50,244 nucleotides of DNA. Source: Nemertoderma westbladi. Its lineage: Eukaryota > Animalia > Xenacoelomorpha. Of this stretch, positions 49,048-50,244 are shown one piece after another. The translations under genes and the position numbers were made by a program. Location: assembly GCA_032718475.1 (NCBI GenBank), contig JAUCBJ010002821.1, forward strand, positions 1 through 50,244, given 5' to 3'. The notes below the pieces were generated by a model. It saw nothing but the letters and a program-made list of their open reading frames with translations, was not told the origin of the DNA and ran no database searches. Each line of letters begins with the position of its first letter. Position 1 is the stretch's first letter.

Positions 49048-50244
49048 GATAAACAGCACTTTATATGTACCCGGCCCCACTAGTATGGAATGTTACCCGG
49101 CCCCACTAGTATGGAATGTTACCCGGCCCCACTAGTATGGAATGTTACCCGGCCCCACTAGTATGGAATGTTACCCGGCCCCACTAGTATGGAATGTTAC
49201 CCGGCCCCACTAGTACCAATGTTACCCGGCCCCACTAGTATGGAATGTTACCCGGCCCCACTAGTATGGAATGTTACCCGGCCCCACTAGTACCAATGTT
49301 ACCCGGCCCCACTAGTACCAATGTTACCCGGCCCCACTAGTACCAATGTTACCCGGCCCCACTAGTACCAATGTTACCCGGCCCCACTAGTATGGAATGT
49401 TACCCGGCCCCACTAGTATGGAATGTTACCCGGCCCCACTAGTACCAATGTTACCCGGCCCCACTAGTACCAATGTTACCCGGCCCCACTAGTACCAATG
49501 TTACCCGGCCCCACTAGTACCAATGTTACCCGGCCCCACTAGTATGGAATGTTACCCGGCCCCACTAGTATGGAATGTTACCCGGCCCCACTAGTACCAA
49601 TGTTACCCGGCCCCACTAGTATGGAATGTTACCCGGCCCCACTAGTATGGAATGTTACCCGGCCCCACTAGTACCAATGTTACCCGGCCCCACTAGTACC
49701 AATGTTACCCGGCCCCACTAGTATGGAATGTTACCCGGCCCCACTAGTATGGAATGTTACCCGGCCCCACTAGTACCGAATGTTACCCGGCCCCACTAGT
49801 ACCAATGTTACCCGGCCCCACTAGTATGGAATGTTACCCGGCCCCACTAGTATGGAATGTTACCCGGCCCCACTAGTACCAATGTTACCCGGCCCCACTA
49901 GTAGGAATGTTACCCGGCCCCACTAGTATGGAATGTTACCCGGCCCCACTAGTACGAATGTTACCCGGCCCCACTAGTACCAATGTTACCCGGCCCCACT
50001 AGTATGGAATGTTACCCGGCCCCACTAGTATGGAATGTTACCCGGCCCCACTAGTACCAATGTTACCCGGCCCCACTAGTATGGAATGTTACCCGGCCCC
50101 ACTAGTACCAATGTTACCCGGCCCCACTAGTATGGAATGTTACCCGGCCCCACTAGTATGGAATGTTACCCGGCCCCACTAGTACCAATGTTACCCGGCC
50201 CCACTAGTATGGAATGTTACCCGGCCCCACTAGTACCAATGTTA
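49048..50244. repeat. 25/26-bp satellite (TGTTACCCGGCCCCACTAGTA[TGG/CC]AA), about 46 copies, runs off window end
   Basis: Two interspersed unit types differing at TGG versus CC. Confidence 0.96.

Noticed and set aside
31919-50244. CRISPR-like appearance or binary 'code' in the dimorphic satellites (19-bp, 53-bp, 25/26-bp; likewise the 32-bp array)
   Set aside because: No unique spacers and no cas genes; variant patterns are explained by slippage and unequal exchange.

Overview
AT-rich eukaryotic (most likely invertebrate animal) DNA made almost entirely of repeats and nested transposons; there are no prokaryotic operons, rRNA, tRNA or CRISPR arrays. In order: piggyBac-type MITEs; a decayed Penelope-like element (RT + GIY-YIG) with hammerhead-like motifs; a 7.7-kb 32-bp satellite; RTE LINE fragments; a 31-bp satellite; a small putative type I membrane protein gene next to an 8.5-kb frame-preserving 39-bp array; foldback elements; a 4-kb 19-bp satellite; further TIR elements; and a terminal 25/26-bp satellite. 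The centrepiece is a near full-length CRE-clade non-LTR retrotransposon (Cys-rich N-terminus, RT, CCHC knuckle, restriction-like endonuclease; minus strand, 35876-45438) inserted into the 19-bp satellite with a 14-bp TSD. Its RT carries an in-frame Pro-rich tandem repeat of about 480 aa between the QGDP and FADD motifs, and a 4-kb Mutator-like foldback element (9-bp TSD) sits in its 3' UTR. All calls come from reading the sequence by eye; no database searches were run.
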